NCBI GenBank assembly: GCA_038496445.1
Contig: JALMLS010000578.1
Location: 372,001-436,000, forward strand
Direction: 5' to 3'
Origin: Trichosphaerium sp. ATCC 40318
Taxonomy: Eukaryota > Protista > Tubulinea
DNA length: 64,000 bases
Below are positions 1 through 12,842 of the stretch, piece by piece. Within the stretch, counting starts at the first letter, position 1. Each line of letters begins with the position of its first letter. Both the position numbers and the translations under genes were made by a program. The notes under the pieces are model-generated. The model did not search any database, was not told the origin of the DNA, and saw nothing but the letters and a program-made list of their open reading frames with translations.

Positions 1-1974
1 ATTCTTGTTTCTTTCGGTTTGGTTCACCATTTATTTATCATTTTTTACCAAGGGACATTAGTTGGTCACGCAGATATTCTAATTTCAGAGTACGATGATG
101 GTACTATTCATAGGATTAATAGGCTTCTTCAGGGTATTTTTTTTTCAGTTGTCATTTCACACGTGATTTTTCGTTTTGCTCAATTTCTTACCTTCTACTA
201 GCGGGTAACAAAGCTAAAGAAGTCCCTAAAGAACCTATGGAAAAATTAAATAGTGTACAGGATATGAGAAGGATAGGACAATCCTTTAAGTATATCACAA
301 ATCGTATAAAAGCTAGTCGCTCTTTTGGTAGAGAAAAAAGAGAATTACAAAGAAGTAATTACTCGAATGATGATAGCCAGTCATGTAATGCGACTGTAAC
401 ACTAAAGTTACAATTTTTCAGTTATACTCCATTTTTGGAGGTACGTTTTTTGGTTGTTGTCACGTGGTAAAAAGCTGTCGTAGTAATATTACAACTAGAG
501 AATTTTTTCAAACAAGATGAAGTTCTTGCAATCTCTTGGGAATTTATACCCATCTGATGAACTAGCAACAACTCTAGTAATATTATCAACAGAAAATGGT
601 GTACATATGCCTTTAATACAAGGTCTTATCCTAGATGAGGTCGCACAAACAAGTACGTCAAAACTAAATGTGTTGGCTTTTTTTTCCTCATTATATTTTT
701 GTGCTTTAGAACAAGCTACTACGCTTTTTCGTTTGAATAGTATAGCTACCAAGATGATGAAAGCATATAGCGCACACTTTGGAAGAGATTGGTTAAAACA
801 AGTACTTGAACGCCCTATTAAGGGCACTATAGCACGCGAAGGTTGTTATGAAGTAAACCCAAAACGTGTTCCAGATAATGAAGATGTTTCAAAGAATATA
901 TTGAATGTTCGAACAGAAATGTACCTATACCTAAACGCTATACTCGCAGGAGCTGGTACAGTACCATAGTAAGATAAATCCAATGATAACCAATTATTTA
1001 ATAACATGTTTTGTGTAGTGTAATGCGTGCTATAGCTGCTCAGTTGCGTGTGACAGTTTCTGATAAATTCGGTGAAGAGACTGGTTTAAGAGCTGTTTTT
1101 AGTTGGTTGTTTCTAAGGGAGATTTGCCCTGCTATTATTAGCCCACATGTGTATGGTATAGTTGATGGTACGTTGCATGTTGAACGAAATGAGGGCTTTG
1201 TTCTGAATTTTTTCTTATTTTTTTTAACAGTCTCTGTTTTACCTTACTTACTTGTTTTTTGTAATAATAGAGGTACCAGATAGTGACAGTTCAAGGTACT
1301 TGCTGCTTATTGCTAAGATAATTCAAAATATTTCAAATGGCGCATTGTTTGGTACCAATCATCTTTTTCTCTTTAGTTTACTTTTTCTTACTCTGTGTCA
1401 AAGGTATTAAAGAACCATTCATGAAACCATTTAATTCACTTGCATCTCAAGGCATGGAGTGCCTTGATACTTTTGCAAGACAAATCTCCGTAAGTGGGAA
1501 AGCGATTTGAAGTTTTTTTGGGATTTTCTTTTTCCTCAAATTTATGTATTGTTTCTTTGCTTACTCGCTGCATAAGGATGTAAAATACTGTACAGCTAGC
1601 TTGAAAACAGAAAAGAATCATGTTCCTCAGAATGTATTATTTGAACATACAGGTGAGCAACAAAAGGAAAATCAAAAGAAAATTATTCCAAAAATTTTTT
1701 TATTTTATTTAAGCAGGCCGCTCATACTGGCTTTCAGATATTTTTTTTTAACTCTTACATTCATTAATAGATTTTCTCATAAAGTTAATACTCAAATATA
1801 AAGAAAATATTAGAAAACACGTTACAGACAAGCAGGTATTTTAGCAACAAAGTAACTATTATTTATTCATTCTTTATGTAGATGTTCACATCCCTTGTTG
1901 CTTGGCTTTCTATGGCTTTCGAGCCTCTTATTGACACCCAAATAGAATCTCAAAGTACTTCATCAGGGCGGTAA
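1..1974 (+). CDS. RasGAP-domain protein, 3' part (multi-exon; begins upstream of window)
   Basis: Arginine-finger segment TTLFRLNSIATKMMKAY, FLREICPAIISP (FLR motif) and LLLIAKIIQNISNG..KEPFMKPFN, spread over GT-AG exons. Stop TAA at 1972-1974. Confidence 0.88.
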
Positions 1975-2400
1975 CACAAAATGTGGTATCACGTGATAAA
2001 TAAACTGTAAAAATTGTAATAGTAGGCTTTTTTGCGATTATCCTCTTTTGAAGGCAAAACATTTGATGTTCAATCACAACTATGTCATCTTATTGATTGT
2101 ACAAACCTTGTTTGAGCTACTGAAATCACGACTTCTCCGCAAAAACCCAAAAAAAAAAGAAAGAGTTCATTCAAAACCCCGAAATTTTCTAAAAGACAAT
2201 GAAATACTACTTTTGTGAGAAAGTTAGGAATCTGGAACTGTTAGAATTAAACGTTGTAGGTATGTTGGTACCTTTGGTATTTATTCGGAGTTCATTATAA
2301 TCCGATCTAACCGAAAAATAGACAAAAAGCATAAATGTTCCGGCTTTCGGGATTTTTAAAGAAATTAGGAATTCTCAAATATTCAAACTTACAACAAAGC

Positions 2401-2838
2401 ATGGAGCTCGAGATAGCAAGACGTTGTGCAGTTCTATTCACTGGGTTACATTGCGGATGCCTTTTGTTCGTTTCAACGGTTTCTGTGCGAACTCTATTAA
2501 AAGCTGTCGAAAACAACGACCAGAACCTCTTGAAAGCGTTATTTCCCTTATGGTGGCCTTACGGTGCTGATTTAATGATGCCACTTGGAGTAATAGCAAC
2601 AGTAGCCAACGCTGCAGCTTGGTACTTCTCAAATAGCACGTACTGGCTCATCAGCTGCGGACTCACTTTCGGGGTCCTTTTTTTTACGGGTTTTTTCATG
2701 ATGGAAGATATAAATGAGCTTCGGGGAGATAGCAAGCGAGTCTACGACATCACGAAGACATTTTGTGCAAAACATCACTTCCGTTTACTCTTGTCACTTG
2801 GTGCATTGTTCTGTGGATCTTTTGCAGGTACAAGATAA
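2401..2838 (+). CDS. DUF1772/anthrone-oxygenase-like small membrane protein (intronless)
   Basis: About 145 aa with 4 hydrophobic segments. Pattern LFTG..LFVS.V, FP.WW, IN.L and a C-terminal HHFR.LL resemble the family. Confidence 0.6.
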   Translation: MELEIARRCAVLFTGLHCGCLLFVSTVSVRTLLKAVENNDQNLLKALFPLWWPYGADLMMPLGVIATVANAAAWYFSNSTYWLISCGLTFGVLFFTGFFMMEDINELRGDSKRVYDITKTFCAKHHFRLLLSLGALFCGSFAGTR

Positions 2839-3761
2839 CAATTCCTGTGCACTTGTTTTGAACTCATTGTTTTTATTCCTAGATTTAATTTAGTGTTGGC
2901 ATCTCAGTTCAACGCATTCACTTATGCCTAAGTTATTTTTGCGATGTGTATGTTCGTGTTTTGAGATAGGTGTACCTAGGTGCCAGTGACCTCGCTACAT
3001 AAATAAAAATATACCATTGTTAGACTTGGATTATGGGTTATCTTACTATATTCTTATCTCATTGCGAACAACTTCAGGTTCTTTGCTGGAAGCAGGACTC
3101 ACATAAGTACACGAGTAAGCTCAACAGAATGAATGCAAGTTCTTGTGCTCTGAGTTATACCAATGCTTACCGTAGTATTAAAAAGTCTTGCAAGGCATGC
3201 AAATCGCTTCCATAAACTTTCGTCATTCAATGAAAGCCTAACAACCATTAAAACGATTAACAAAAAAGACGTTCTCGAGCAATCAATGAACATAATATTT
3301 GAAATTTACCCAAAGCACGTTGTTGAACAGTTTAGAGGCCTTTCTAAAAACTGTAGTGCTCATATTTCATGAACTTGTTGTGAATCTTTAATCAAAAAGA
3401 ATTGATGTTCAAATATTCAGTGTAATTCAACACACAACGTACTTACACCTGTTGAAGAAACATGGGAGGGAACAGCGAAGATTTAGTACAAGACTATCAT
3501 ATGCCATTTCCATGGAAAAATTTTTGCAGCTGTTTAGGTATCCTCTTGTTTCTTATTGTATTTACTATATGCTTTTTCCATACATTTATAGAGGTATTGT
3601 ACGTATGAAAAAATTTGTTTACAAATGTTTCTTGCCGTTTAAAAACTCGAGTACACGTGTTCGCTATTTTTAAAAGTACTTTCATTAAAATACAATGATT
3701 GACGCTATGCCTTTAAAAGTGTGCATACTCCAAGTGGCTAAGTGTAGTGCGATATAGCTTT

Positions 3762-3915
3762 GGGTTTGCACTACTTTTCGCGAAATTGATTAGAGCCACG
3801 ATTGACTAAAAAATGTGCTGTTTTCTGCAAAAATGTTGCACAAAAGGTCTCCAAAAGAACAGATTTCGAAGAAATACAACATGCCGCCAAATTTCGCGAA
3901 ATGTAGTGCAAACCC
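3762..3915. mobile_element. MITE-like element with 26-bp terminal inverted repeats
   Basis: gggtttgcactacttttcgcgaaatt (3762-3787) matches the reverse complement of 3890-3915 at 25/26. Non-coding interior; no clear TSD. Confidence 0.55.
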
Positions 3916-4339
3916 CTTGAACGTAGTTTGAAAAAATCTCGTGTTTTTGCGCCAAGGCAAAGCTATTATCAACTTTCAAAGTATCGTTTTGCACTCTACT
4001 ACAAGCACTTCTTGTTAAAGTCACTTCTTGTCTAGGAAGCATGACGTTAGATTTCCTAAAGCAACGTGTCTGTTATCAAGAGCGAGTGTTAAAGAGTATG
4101 GTGATATCAGTAGCATGTCAAACCGACAAAAAGTACAATGTAGCAAGTGTTGGTCTGTTGAAATACAGGTACTTCTTTTATTTGTAAGTCATTTGTAAGC
4201 AGTTCTAATTTCGAATCTAGTGGAACTACACTTGTCATAGTGATAATCAAGACATGTGTTGCCAAGAGAATAATAATCATCACGTGAAATCGCAAGTATT
4301 TAAAAACTATTCAGACGCTGTACTCTCCAAGAGCAAGTA

Positions 4340-5218
4340 CCATGTATGTCGCTTGTATTTCGTTCTCAGGTATTTATTTGGATTTCTTAAAAGGTAGGAG
4401 ACCACAATGATTGTTACTACAATCCAAGTAATTGCTCACAAGTTATATTTGTTGAAGGCACGAACCACTCATTTTTATTTCCATCTGAACTTTTTGTTAA
4501 GGCATATCCACTGGTTTGGCTGTCGCTTTTGGTATTCTTATCACTATATTCCTAAGTATATACATAGCATCTCAAGTGTATTGTATACCATTACTATTAA
4601 AAACAAAGTATAATGTGCCAGTACGTAATGTGCTGATGTTTTTTGCTAATAGTTTTTTTGTTAGGTAACAATATCAACTGCTGTCACTTTGTTCTTTTGC
4701 TTAAGCATCGCTATTCCCTTTATAGTTTTACTGCCCATCATCCTCTTGGGCAGTGAAGCTCTGATCACACATGCCGTTAAAGATCTGCTTATTTTCTTAC
4801 AATTCTTTATTGCTGGTATTGGCATTACTTCGGTTCCTATAATCACGTGTGATAAGATTCACAACCTCGTAGCAAGAACATAGTCAACCTTTCAAAGAGA
4901 CCAACTATTTCTATTGTTGTTTCATATTCATTGCTACTGTTGTTTGTACCCATTAGCATTATGGCACCTATTGCGTATCTTAACCAATCAAAGAAGTTAA
5001 TGACAATAACATTGTGTCTATTGGCATTTCACACGATTATACCTCCAGCTATTATAGGTTTTAGGTTGTTCAACAACGCTTTATCTACAACAAGACAAGA
5101 AGATGACAACAAGCAACTCACGTCGCAAGTAAACACTATTGCAACAACTGACCAAACTAGCAATTTGGAACTTAAGTCTATTGTAAACAGTGACAGTCCA
5201 TATGTCAACTCCATTTAG
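4340..5218 (+). CDS. Multi-pass membrane protein, unknown function (5' end uncertain)
   Basis: Successive hydrophobic ORF pieces (4689-4883, 4931-5218) followed by a polar S/T-rich tail and AATAAA at about 5226. Confidence 0.4.
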
Positions 5219-6040
5219 AATAGGAATAAACTATTCGAGTTGTTGTTCTTTAAATCACCACATACTGCGCTCTTAGGAAACCAGTTATAGACTTACCCGG
5301 TATGGCAATTCGTAACCGGTTCGGTTATGGTGAAAAAGAAAAGTTGCTGGCTTTTGAAGCCACCTGATCCTTTTGTTACATCCAGACTACCTTCATACGC
5401 TCTAAAAACAACAATCTATAAGTTGAGTGAGAGTGACAAACTATTGAGTCGATTTTTGCTGCAGTTTACCATTGTCTTGCCCTTGTCCAACGCTGTTAAA
5501 CATAATATTTCACTGAATCATACTCGCTAAGAAGTCGAGTTAACCGCTTTCTAAACCTAAACTGGAAACTGGTTTGTAACTGGAAAAGTAAGACCTCTAT
5601 GCACGTGTCAATTAGATAAAACTGACAAATCATGAGTCTGCTACGAAAGATGTTCAGTCTACCTCAATCATTAGAATTTGTCACCTACTAATTAGTTCTT
5701 TGCTTCCTACTCAGAATAATCAATTTTTTTTTATTTGCACCGTGTCCCTTTCATTGTCTTTATCACAAGGAACATAATTAATCAGGGTCCAATGAAACAA
5801 CAGATTGTATTATTAACACAATTGTCACCTCTACATTGCTCATCGATGAAATTATTATACATCGTACTGTTTCTCCAAGTGACGTGCAAAGCAAAGAGGT
5901 ATGTTTAAATTTACTTTTTTAGTTATGGCAATAATGTAAAAATAAACTATTTCACAAGTGCCTGATTTAATTGTTTATTTTGTATGACACTACAAGTTCT
6001 AGGCGATAAACAGGTACTGTAAGCGTTTGTCATCAATCAA

Positions 6041-6748
6041 TCAAAAGTAGTGGCAACAATTATAACCTGGGAACTGGAAGGTAAAATTTGCTTCTACTGT
6101 AAGCCATTTCTCAGCACCTTCACGTGTTACTCGTGTACCAGTGATATCTATTTCACTCACACCTGAAAGTGGTTTAATGGCTTCATCAGTAATACCTGTA
6201 CATCCACGTAAGTAAATGGCATGAACACCCACAAGTGATTTGACGCCTTCATTTGTAACACCATAACATCCATTAATGCGAATGGTATGAACTCCAGCAA
6301 GTGCTAATTCTTTGATACTTTTATCAGTAACCTTTGTATGGCTAATATTAATTTCATGAACCCCAGCAAGTGCTCTTACTCCTTCATCAGTTATTCTCTT
6401 ACACTTGGCCATATTAATGGTATGAACTCCAGCAAGCGCTTTGATCCCTTCATCAGTTACTGAAGTCCAGGCAAGGTCAATAGTATGAACACCAGATAGT
6501 TCTTTGACCACACCGTTAATAACGCTGTAATGAAATCCAAAAATAAACACGTGGACTCTTGTTGTGCGGAGAAGATTACCACATTGTTTAAACGCTCTTG
6601 CTTGTTCAGCATTTAAAATATCGACTTCGCCATAGCCAACTATGTCATGAATGATAGATGCGAACCGATGACAGGTTTGACAAGCTGCAAATCGCTCGTC
6701 GTCTATTTGGCGTATAATATGAGCTAAAACCTCTGCAGGGAAGTCCAA
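6041..6748 (-). CDS. F-box + leucine-rich-repeat protein (main exon; a small upstream exon is likely)
   Basis: F-box ILDFPAEVLAHIIRQID..TCHRF, then repeats of GVHTI.l..c..vTDEG(I/V)kaL. Acceptor-like gtttag just upstream of the ORF. Confidence 0.85.
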   Translation of the reverse strand: MDFPAEVLAHIIRQIDDERFAACQTCHRFASIIHDIVGYGEVDILNAEQARAFKQCGNLLRTTRVHVFIFGFHYSVINGVVKELSGVHTIDLAWTSVTDEGIKALAGVHTINMAKCKRITDEGVRALAGVHEINISHTKVTDKSIKELALAGVHTIRINGCYGVTNEGVKSLVGVHAIYLRGCTGITDEAIKPLSGVSEIDITGTRVTREGAEKWLTVEANFTFQFPGYNCCHYF

Positions 6749-7324
6749 AATGTTCCATGGGGCTCTAAACGTACGTTTAAGCTTGTAAATGAAAGCATAC
6801 CGCTATACCTTTTATGTGTAACTACATGGTCCCGTGACATAGTAGGTGACTGTAGGATGTACTCAATAGCTGGTGTTAAATGTATTGTTGTTTATTCAAG
6901 TTTTGAGACAGACCGTGGATAGGAAATGTTCGAAAATGTTCGAAAAGTGTATCCTAGGTTTGACAACCAAAATCAGTGTCCACGTGATTTAACAAACATT
7001 GCAAAGTAATTTATTTACATATTTGACATCGGGACGGCGTTTGCAAAGCCTGCAGCAATGCTGGTGGTGTTTTGGGGAGGTTTTAACGTTATTACACCTG
7101 CCTTTCTATTTGGATGGTGGCCATAGTGCTTTTGTTGCGTGGGGTAGGCGCTAGCGTACGTACGGTAGTAAGTTATCACGTACATTGATTTTTTGAAGCA
7201 AACCATACAGTAAACAGTGTTTGAGGCATTCATACCGTGTTTGGCGGTAATGCGATAAGTCGCAATGAGTATTAGTTGGTTCTAAATCGGCACCACGTGC
7301 ACGCTGATACCTATATTTGTGCTT

Positions 7325-7535
7325 ACAGTTTCAAAATTACAAAATTTTTTATGTTTATGGGACTTCGAGAATCTTTGAGACATTTTTACTCACCTCAGAA
7401 CCATCTTAAACTTCGATTGGTGTTTTGAATATGTAGCTAGGATTCTATAATTACAGACTCAAAAACAATTTTGTGATTCGTTTATGCTGTGCCGAGGAAA
7501 AGTACCGACAGTCAAAGCAATTTTTTTCAAAAGGC
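7325..7535. repeat. Dispersed diverged repeat, copy 1 (copy 2 at ~24947-25130)
   Basis: Shared blocks ttcgagaatc, tttttactcacctc..aaccatctta and atgtagcta in the same order in both copies. Confidence 0.6.
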
Positions 7536-7746
7536 TTTTTCAACAATTTACAAAACTGTCCCAAAAGCGATGCTGCCCACAGTTGGCTAGTAAAAAGAAC
7601 AAATGAAATTGCAGACAATTACAAGTCTTGGAAACAACAACTTCGTTCAGTTTCCGTGTTCTTAGCCGATGGTTAACAGCTTACTACTTATTGTAGCCTC
7701 TTGATTGGACCAGCAACTAAATGTACATTCAATCAATTTATTAACA

Positions 7747-9574
7747 TTACACAACTCTAATAGGTACGCCGCCAAGAGCAATACATATTTTTTTATAGAA
7801 AGACCATGTTGTGTGATTCGGTGTATTTAGTTTAATAACACGTCCACATATTGAATCTGAAAAAAGATTGCATATCCTTTTGAACTCATCCACGTGCTTT
7901 GAGGAGATGGCTTTTGCCAGTGAATGGTCTATGAAAATAGTGTTCCCTGGGTAAATATTAGAACTGAAATAGAACCATTTTCTAAACGGCGTTGTTGCTG
8001 ACAAGAAAAAAGAAATCCAACAAAAAAACACAAAATTTTGTAAGATCCGTACATTCTATTTGAGTTGTATCTTTAAGTTGTAAGGCGCCATTCAATTCTT
8101 TACATGCTAAAATATTCTTCAATATCATGTGATAAGATAATTAAACTTACTTATTCTCAAGCTCGAAAGTCCAGTTATTGTAAGGAAATCGGCAATGTTG
8201 TAAATAATCTCTACAAAAAAAGTGAGTTGAGAACGACGTGATAGATATTGGACAAATAGGCTAAACACGTACCTATTGGAACCTCCATGAATAGATCATA
8301 ATCAACTATTGGTTGTACCACAATTCCTTGTTGGAGTCTACAGATGATACTTGGTGTAGAGTTGCTGAAGGTATTGACTAAATATATTATTGGTGTTGTA
8401 AGTCTCCAATCTATATCTGATGGTATATGTCCTTCAAGGAGCTTTGTGTATATTCTCATAAAGTTCAAGTTATCAATAACAGCAGTAGTATTTAGTGGAT
8501 CTCCCTTTGCACAAGTAAGAAGGGTGGTGTTAAGTTAGTTAAAAGGAGCAAAATACGTACCACAACCACATCGAAAATAAAGACTGTTCCATTTTCAAGG
8601 CGAATACCGAATATGAGAATAGGCAAGTCCGTTAGATTCTGTGCTAAATCCGTAGTGTACATGTCCAAAACAAGTTTCGGAATATAGTTTATGACCCATT
8701 GTACACCAGTGACATCACGTGTTTGTTTTGAACAAAGTACATTTCTAAGAAAACAATAAGAATAAGCAACAGACCAACTTTACATTTTCATTTTTCTTGC
8801 TTTATGCGTTTTACTTTACCTGTTGAAAACATCACATGTCACATTATCTGTTTCTACGAGAATTACAAAAGGTCCATCATTCGTTAGTGTAGGTACTATA
8901 TTTGGAGGCGCTATATTCTGTAGGTGTAAGTTATTGTAAGAATAGAAACGTGTATCGTACATGTGCGTGGAGGCGATTTAGAAACAGCGAATACTCATCG
9001 CGGCTAAGATGTTCAAGTTGAGCCTTGATTAAGTCAAAGTACGCTCTACCAAAGCAGCCATGAACACCCCTTCAGAGAGTTAATTACCAAACAAAAAATA
9101 ATGAAAAGAGAAATCAAAAAAAAAACGTGCTTGAGATTTTTAAATACATCTGGGGGTTGCTGAGTTACACTTTCCAATAAGATATTAGCTCCCTGGTGTA
9201 TTCCCAAGATATTATAAGGTAGCAAATCCTAGTAGGAATAAGAAGAAGTATAAACACGTGAAACATTTGCTTTTCCACACTTTCAAAGAATTGAGGCCAT
9301 CTAAATAACCCAACACTCTTCAAAAAGTCAACAGACGTACGGTGTCATTAAAAACCTCCCAGGATTGCGTCATATTGGTATATACTTGGTTATTTGGTGT
9401 TACTCCCGTGATTAGGTAAACCCGATTTTTAAACTCTTTAATAGTTCCGTATGGAGGAACTGATATTTTAAATTTTTGCAGGTCTCTTGTTGTTACTGTA
9501 AACTTGATGTTGTTTAATCCAACGACTGCTGCCTTTCGTTGGAGTATAGGAGAAGAGTATGCTGTTTTAATCAT
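7747..9574 (-). CDS. Ubiquitin-like domain / F-box protein, tandem copy A (multi-exon; possible extra 5' exon from 9644)
   Basis: UBL-like IKFTVTTRDLQKFKISVPPYGTIKEFKNRVYLITGVTPNNQVY. Spliced F-box LFMEVPIEIIYNIADFLTITGLSSLRITCKELN. Confidence 0.7.
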
Positions 9575-10121
9575 TGTTGTTGTTACTGTGGTTAGATACG
9601 TACTGATTTGTTGATTAAGTCAACTCGTACCATTCATTGAACATTGTTAGTGTAAACGTATCTCACACTCTCAAATTATTTTAGCTAAACTAACATAAAG
9701 CTATAAGGTTGACAAATGACTGTTTTTATTGTAATTCCAGCTGATTTTAATATGATAGTATTACGTGCATTGGTTTTTTTTCGTGAACCACCGTCAAAAT
9801 AAGTGCCCAATAGTATCGCGGTCTGTATGGATAAGAAACGACGTTACCGTAAACTTAACAGAAATCTTATGAATTTTCAAACGTGATGCCATTGTTGAAG
9901 TTTGAACCTACTACTAACCTGTCACCAATAACCGCATCTCATCTGGACATAGTTTCAAGTGCGAAGTCGACTGTTACCATGCAAAATCCACAAGTTGGCT
10001 AAAATTCTGGTTTGTTCTCATTTTCGCTGATGGTTTTGTAGCCGTAGCCAACCTCTAGCCTTTCAAGCAAGTCAATGTACATACACTCTATTTAATTTCT
10101 TTATTTTCTTTCAAATCTACA

Positions 10122-11943
10122 TTACTCTACTAATAGGTATCCGAGAGCAATACATATTTTTTTGTAGAAAGACCTTGTTGTGTGATTTGGTGTATTTAGT
10201 TTAATAACACGTCCAAGTATTGGATTTGAAAAAAGCTTGCATATCCTTTTGAATTCATCCACGTGCTCTGAGATGATGGTTTGTGACAATGAATGCTTAA
10301 CAAAAATAGTGTTCCCTATGTAAACATTAGAACATGAGCGGATATAATGTTCACAAATGTCACATTTTCGTTTTTTGCTAAGACCGTACGTTCTATTTGA
10401 GTTACTTTTTTACCTCGTAAGGTACTATTCAAACCTTTACATGCTAAACAATCCTTCAATATCATATGATAAGATAATTAAACTTACTTATTCTCAAGCT
10501 CGAAAGTCCAGTTGTTGTAAGGAAATCGGCAATGTTGTAAATAATCTCTACAAGAAAAAGTGAGTTGAGAACGATGTGATATATCTTGGACAAATAGAAG
10601 TCTAAACACATACCTATTGGAACCTCCATGAATAAATTATAATCAACTTTTGGTTGTACCACAATTCCTTGTTGAAGTCTACAGATAATACTAGCGTATG
10701 ATATAGATTTGCTCAAAAAGGTATTGACTGAATATAGTGTTGGTGTTAAAAGCCTCCAATCTGTACTCGGTGGTGTATCATGTCCTTCAAGGAGCTTTGT
10801 GTATATTCTCATAAAGTTCAAGTTATCAATAACAGCAGTAGTAGTGGCTAATGGATCACCCTGGTACAAGTAAGAAGTAGCGTTCAGTGAGTTTGACAAG
10901 ATTAAAACAAAAATACGTACAACAATCACATCGAAAATAAAGACTATTCCATTTTCAAGGCGAATACCGAATATGAGAATAGGCAAATCCGCTAGATTCT
11001 TTACTAAATCCGTAGTGTACATATCCAAAACAAGTTTCGGAATGTAGTTTATGACCCATTGTACACCAGTGACATCACGTGTTTGTTTTGAACAAAGTAC
11101 ATTTCTAAGAAAACAATAAGAATAAGCAACAGACCAACTTTACATTTTCATTTTTCTTGCTTTATGCGTTTTACTTTACCTGTTGAAAACATCACATGTC
11201 ACATTATCTGTTTCTACGAGAATTACAAAAGGTCCATCATTCGTTAGTGTAGGTACTGTTTTTGGAGGCATTTTGCTGTGCTAAAACTGGATGTTATTTA
11301 CAATAAGACAGCAATTGTCATACGTGTGCGTGGAGGCGAGCTAGAAACAGCCGATACTCATTGCGACTAAGATGTTCAAGTTGAGTCCTGATTGAACCAA
11401 AATACGATCTTCCAAACCAGCTATGAACACCCCTTTTGAGAGAGTTAGATTGCAAAGAAAATGATAATCAAAAACAAACGTGCTTGAGATTTTTAAATAC
11501 ATCCGGGGGTTGCTGAGTTACGCTTTCCAATAAGATATTAGCTCCTTCGTATATTCCCAAGATATTGTAAGGTATTTCATCCTAATAGGAATAAGAACTA
11601 TGAACAGAAACACGTAAAGAAGAAATGTTTTCTCACACTTTCAATGAACGTTTAGCTAAATACCCAAAACTGTCAAAAATATCAACAAACGTACGGTGTC
11701 ATTAAAACCTTCCCAAGATTGCGTCATATTGGTATATACTTGGTTATTTGGTGTTACTCCCGTGATTAGGTAAACCCGATTTTTAAACTCTTTAACAGTT
11801 CCGTATGGAGGTACAGACACTATGAATTTTTGAAGATATTTTGTTGTGACTGTAAACTTGATGTTATTTGATACGTTAACCTTCCATTGGCGTATAGGAA
11901 AGAAATTTGTTGTTTTAGCATTGTTGTTATTGTGGTTAGACAT
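10122..11943 (-). CDS. Ubiquitin-like domain / F-box protein, tandem copy B
   Basis: Exon-by-exon paralog of 7747-9574 at an offset of about 2.36 kb, with the same intron positions. Confidence 0.7.
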
Positions 11944-12842
11944 GTACTGATTTGGATAGGAGATATAAAATATGAGATTTCAGGTGACAAAGTCTTGTAA
12001 AACGGCCTATGTGTGCCATTTCTTAGCGTTAACAAAATAGTAGGCGTCTAGAAATTACTTATTAACTTAGTGCTTGGTTTTATAGGTGTCTATGGACGTC
12101 AGGGTATATGCTACAAAACTTCACAACACAAATAAAAATGTCCCCAGCTTTAAACAACTGACATATTATATTGACAAATAAGGTGTACCGTTGGCTCCTT
12201 CTGATTTTAATTTATATAATGACGGATTACCGAAGCTTATTTTGTTCTTGTTCTAGTGCCAAATATACTATTATGGCGTCTGGTATAGTGAAGAAGGCAA
12301 TTTTTTCCACTTGGCTGAAAAAAAAACTGCACAACTTCCGCTCGAAAAGTTAGGATCCTGAGCTTTATAAACTGATTTGGCAAGTAAGTCTGTTACAATT
12401 GGATACTTTGTTCACCATAGAAGACGCATCCTGGAGGTTAGAACCTCACATTGCTGTAAAATTCGTCAACAGTTGCCGTTTTCTTCAGATTGGTACGTTA
12501 GTTTGGCAGCAAAGTCTACCAGTAAAGTATCACGTGATTTTCTGTTCTCCAGTACGCAATTATTTGCTTATTGCGAATTTGGTAAATATGTCAAGAGATG
12601 CTGTTATTAGCTAGGTATCTAGGTTTATAGTTTTTTTCTCTTTCCAAAAACAAGATATGATTGTTTTTGACAAAATACTGTTGCTGGTTAAAAGAAGGTA
12701 TGTAATACCTGTTAGTATATATTTTTCACATGTATGTCTTTTACATTTTGTATAGATAAGAAATATTGTTCTCGTAGGTAACGAAAACGTCTTTGATTCT
12801 TGATTTTTTTTTGTTGGTACTTTTTTCTTTATCAGTTCCTTT

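Noticed and set aside
2900-3700. Short ORFs here and at 12171-12614, 26769-26996, 42369-43091 and 58487-58837, plus antisense ORFs over real genes
   Set aside because: No recognisable motifs or consistent exon chain; treated as chance or shadow ORFs.
5285-5600. Possible degenerate inverted-repeat element
   Set aside because: End similarity is too weak to support by eye.
8205-8275. Apparent frameshift/premature stop in copy A relative to copy B
   Set aside because: The indel lies in an intron polypyrimidine tract and the TAG is the acceptor. The spliced frame is intact.
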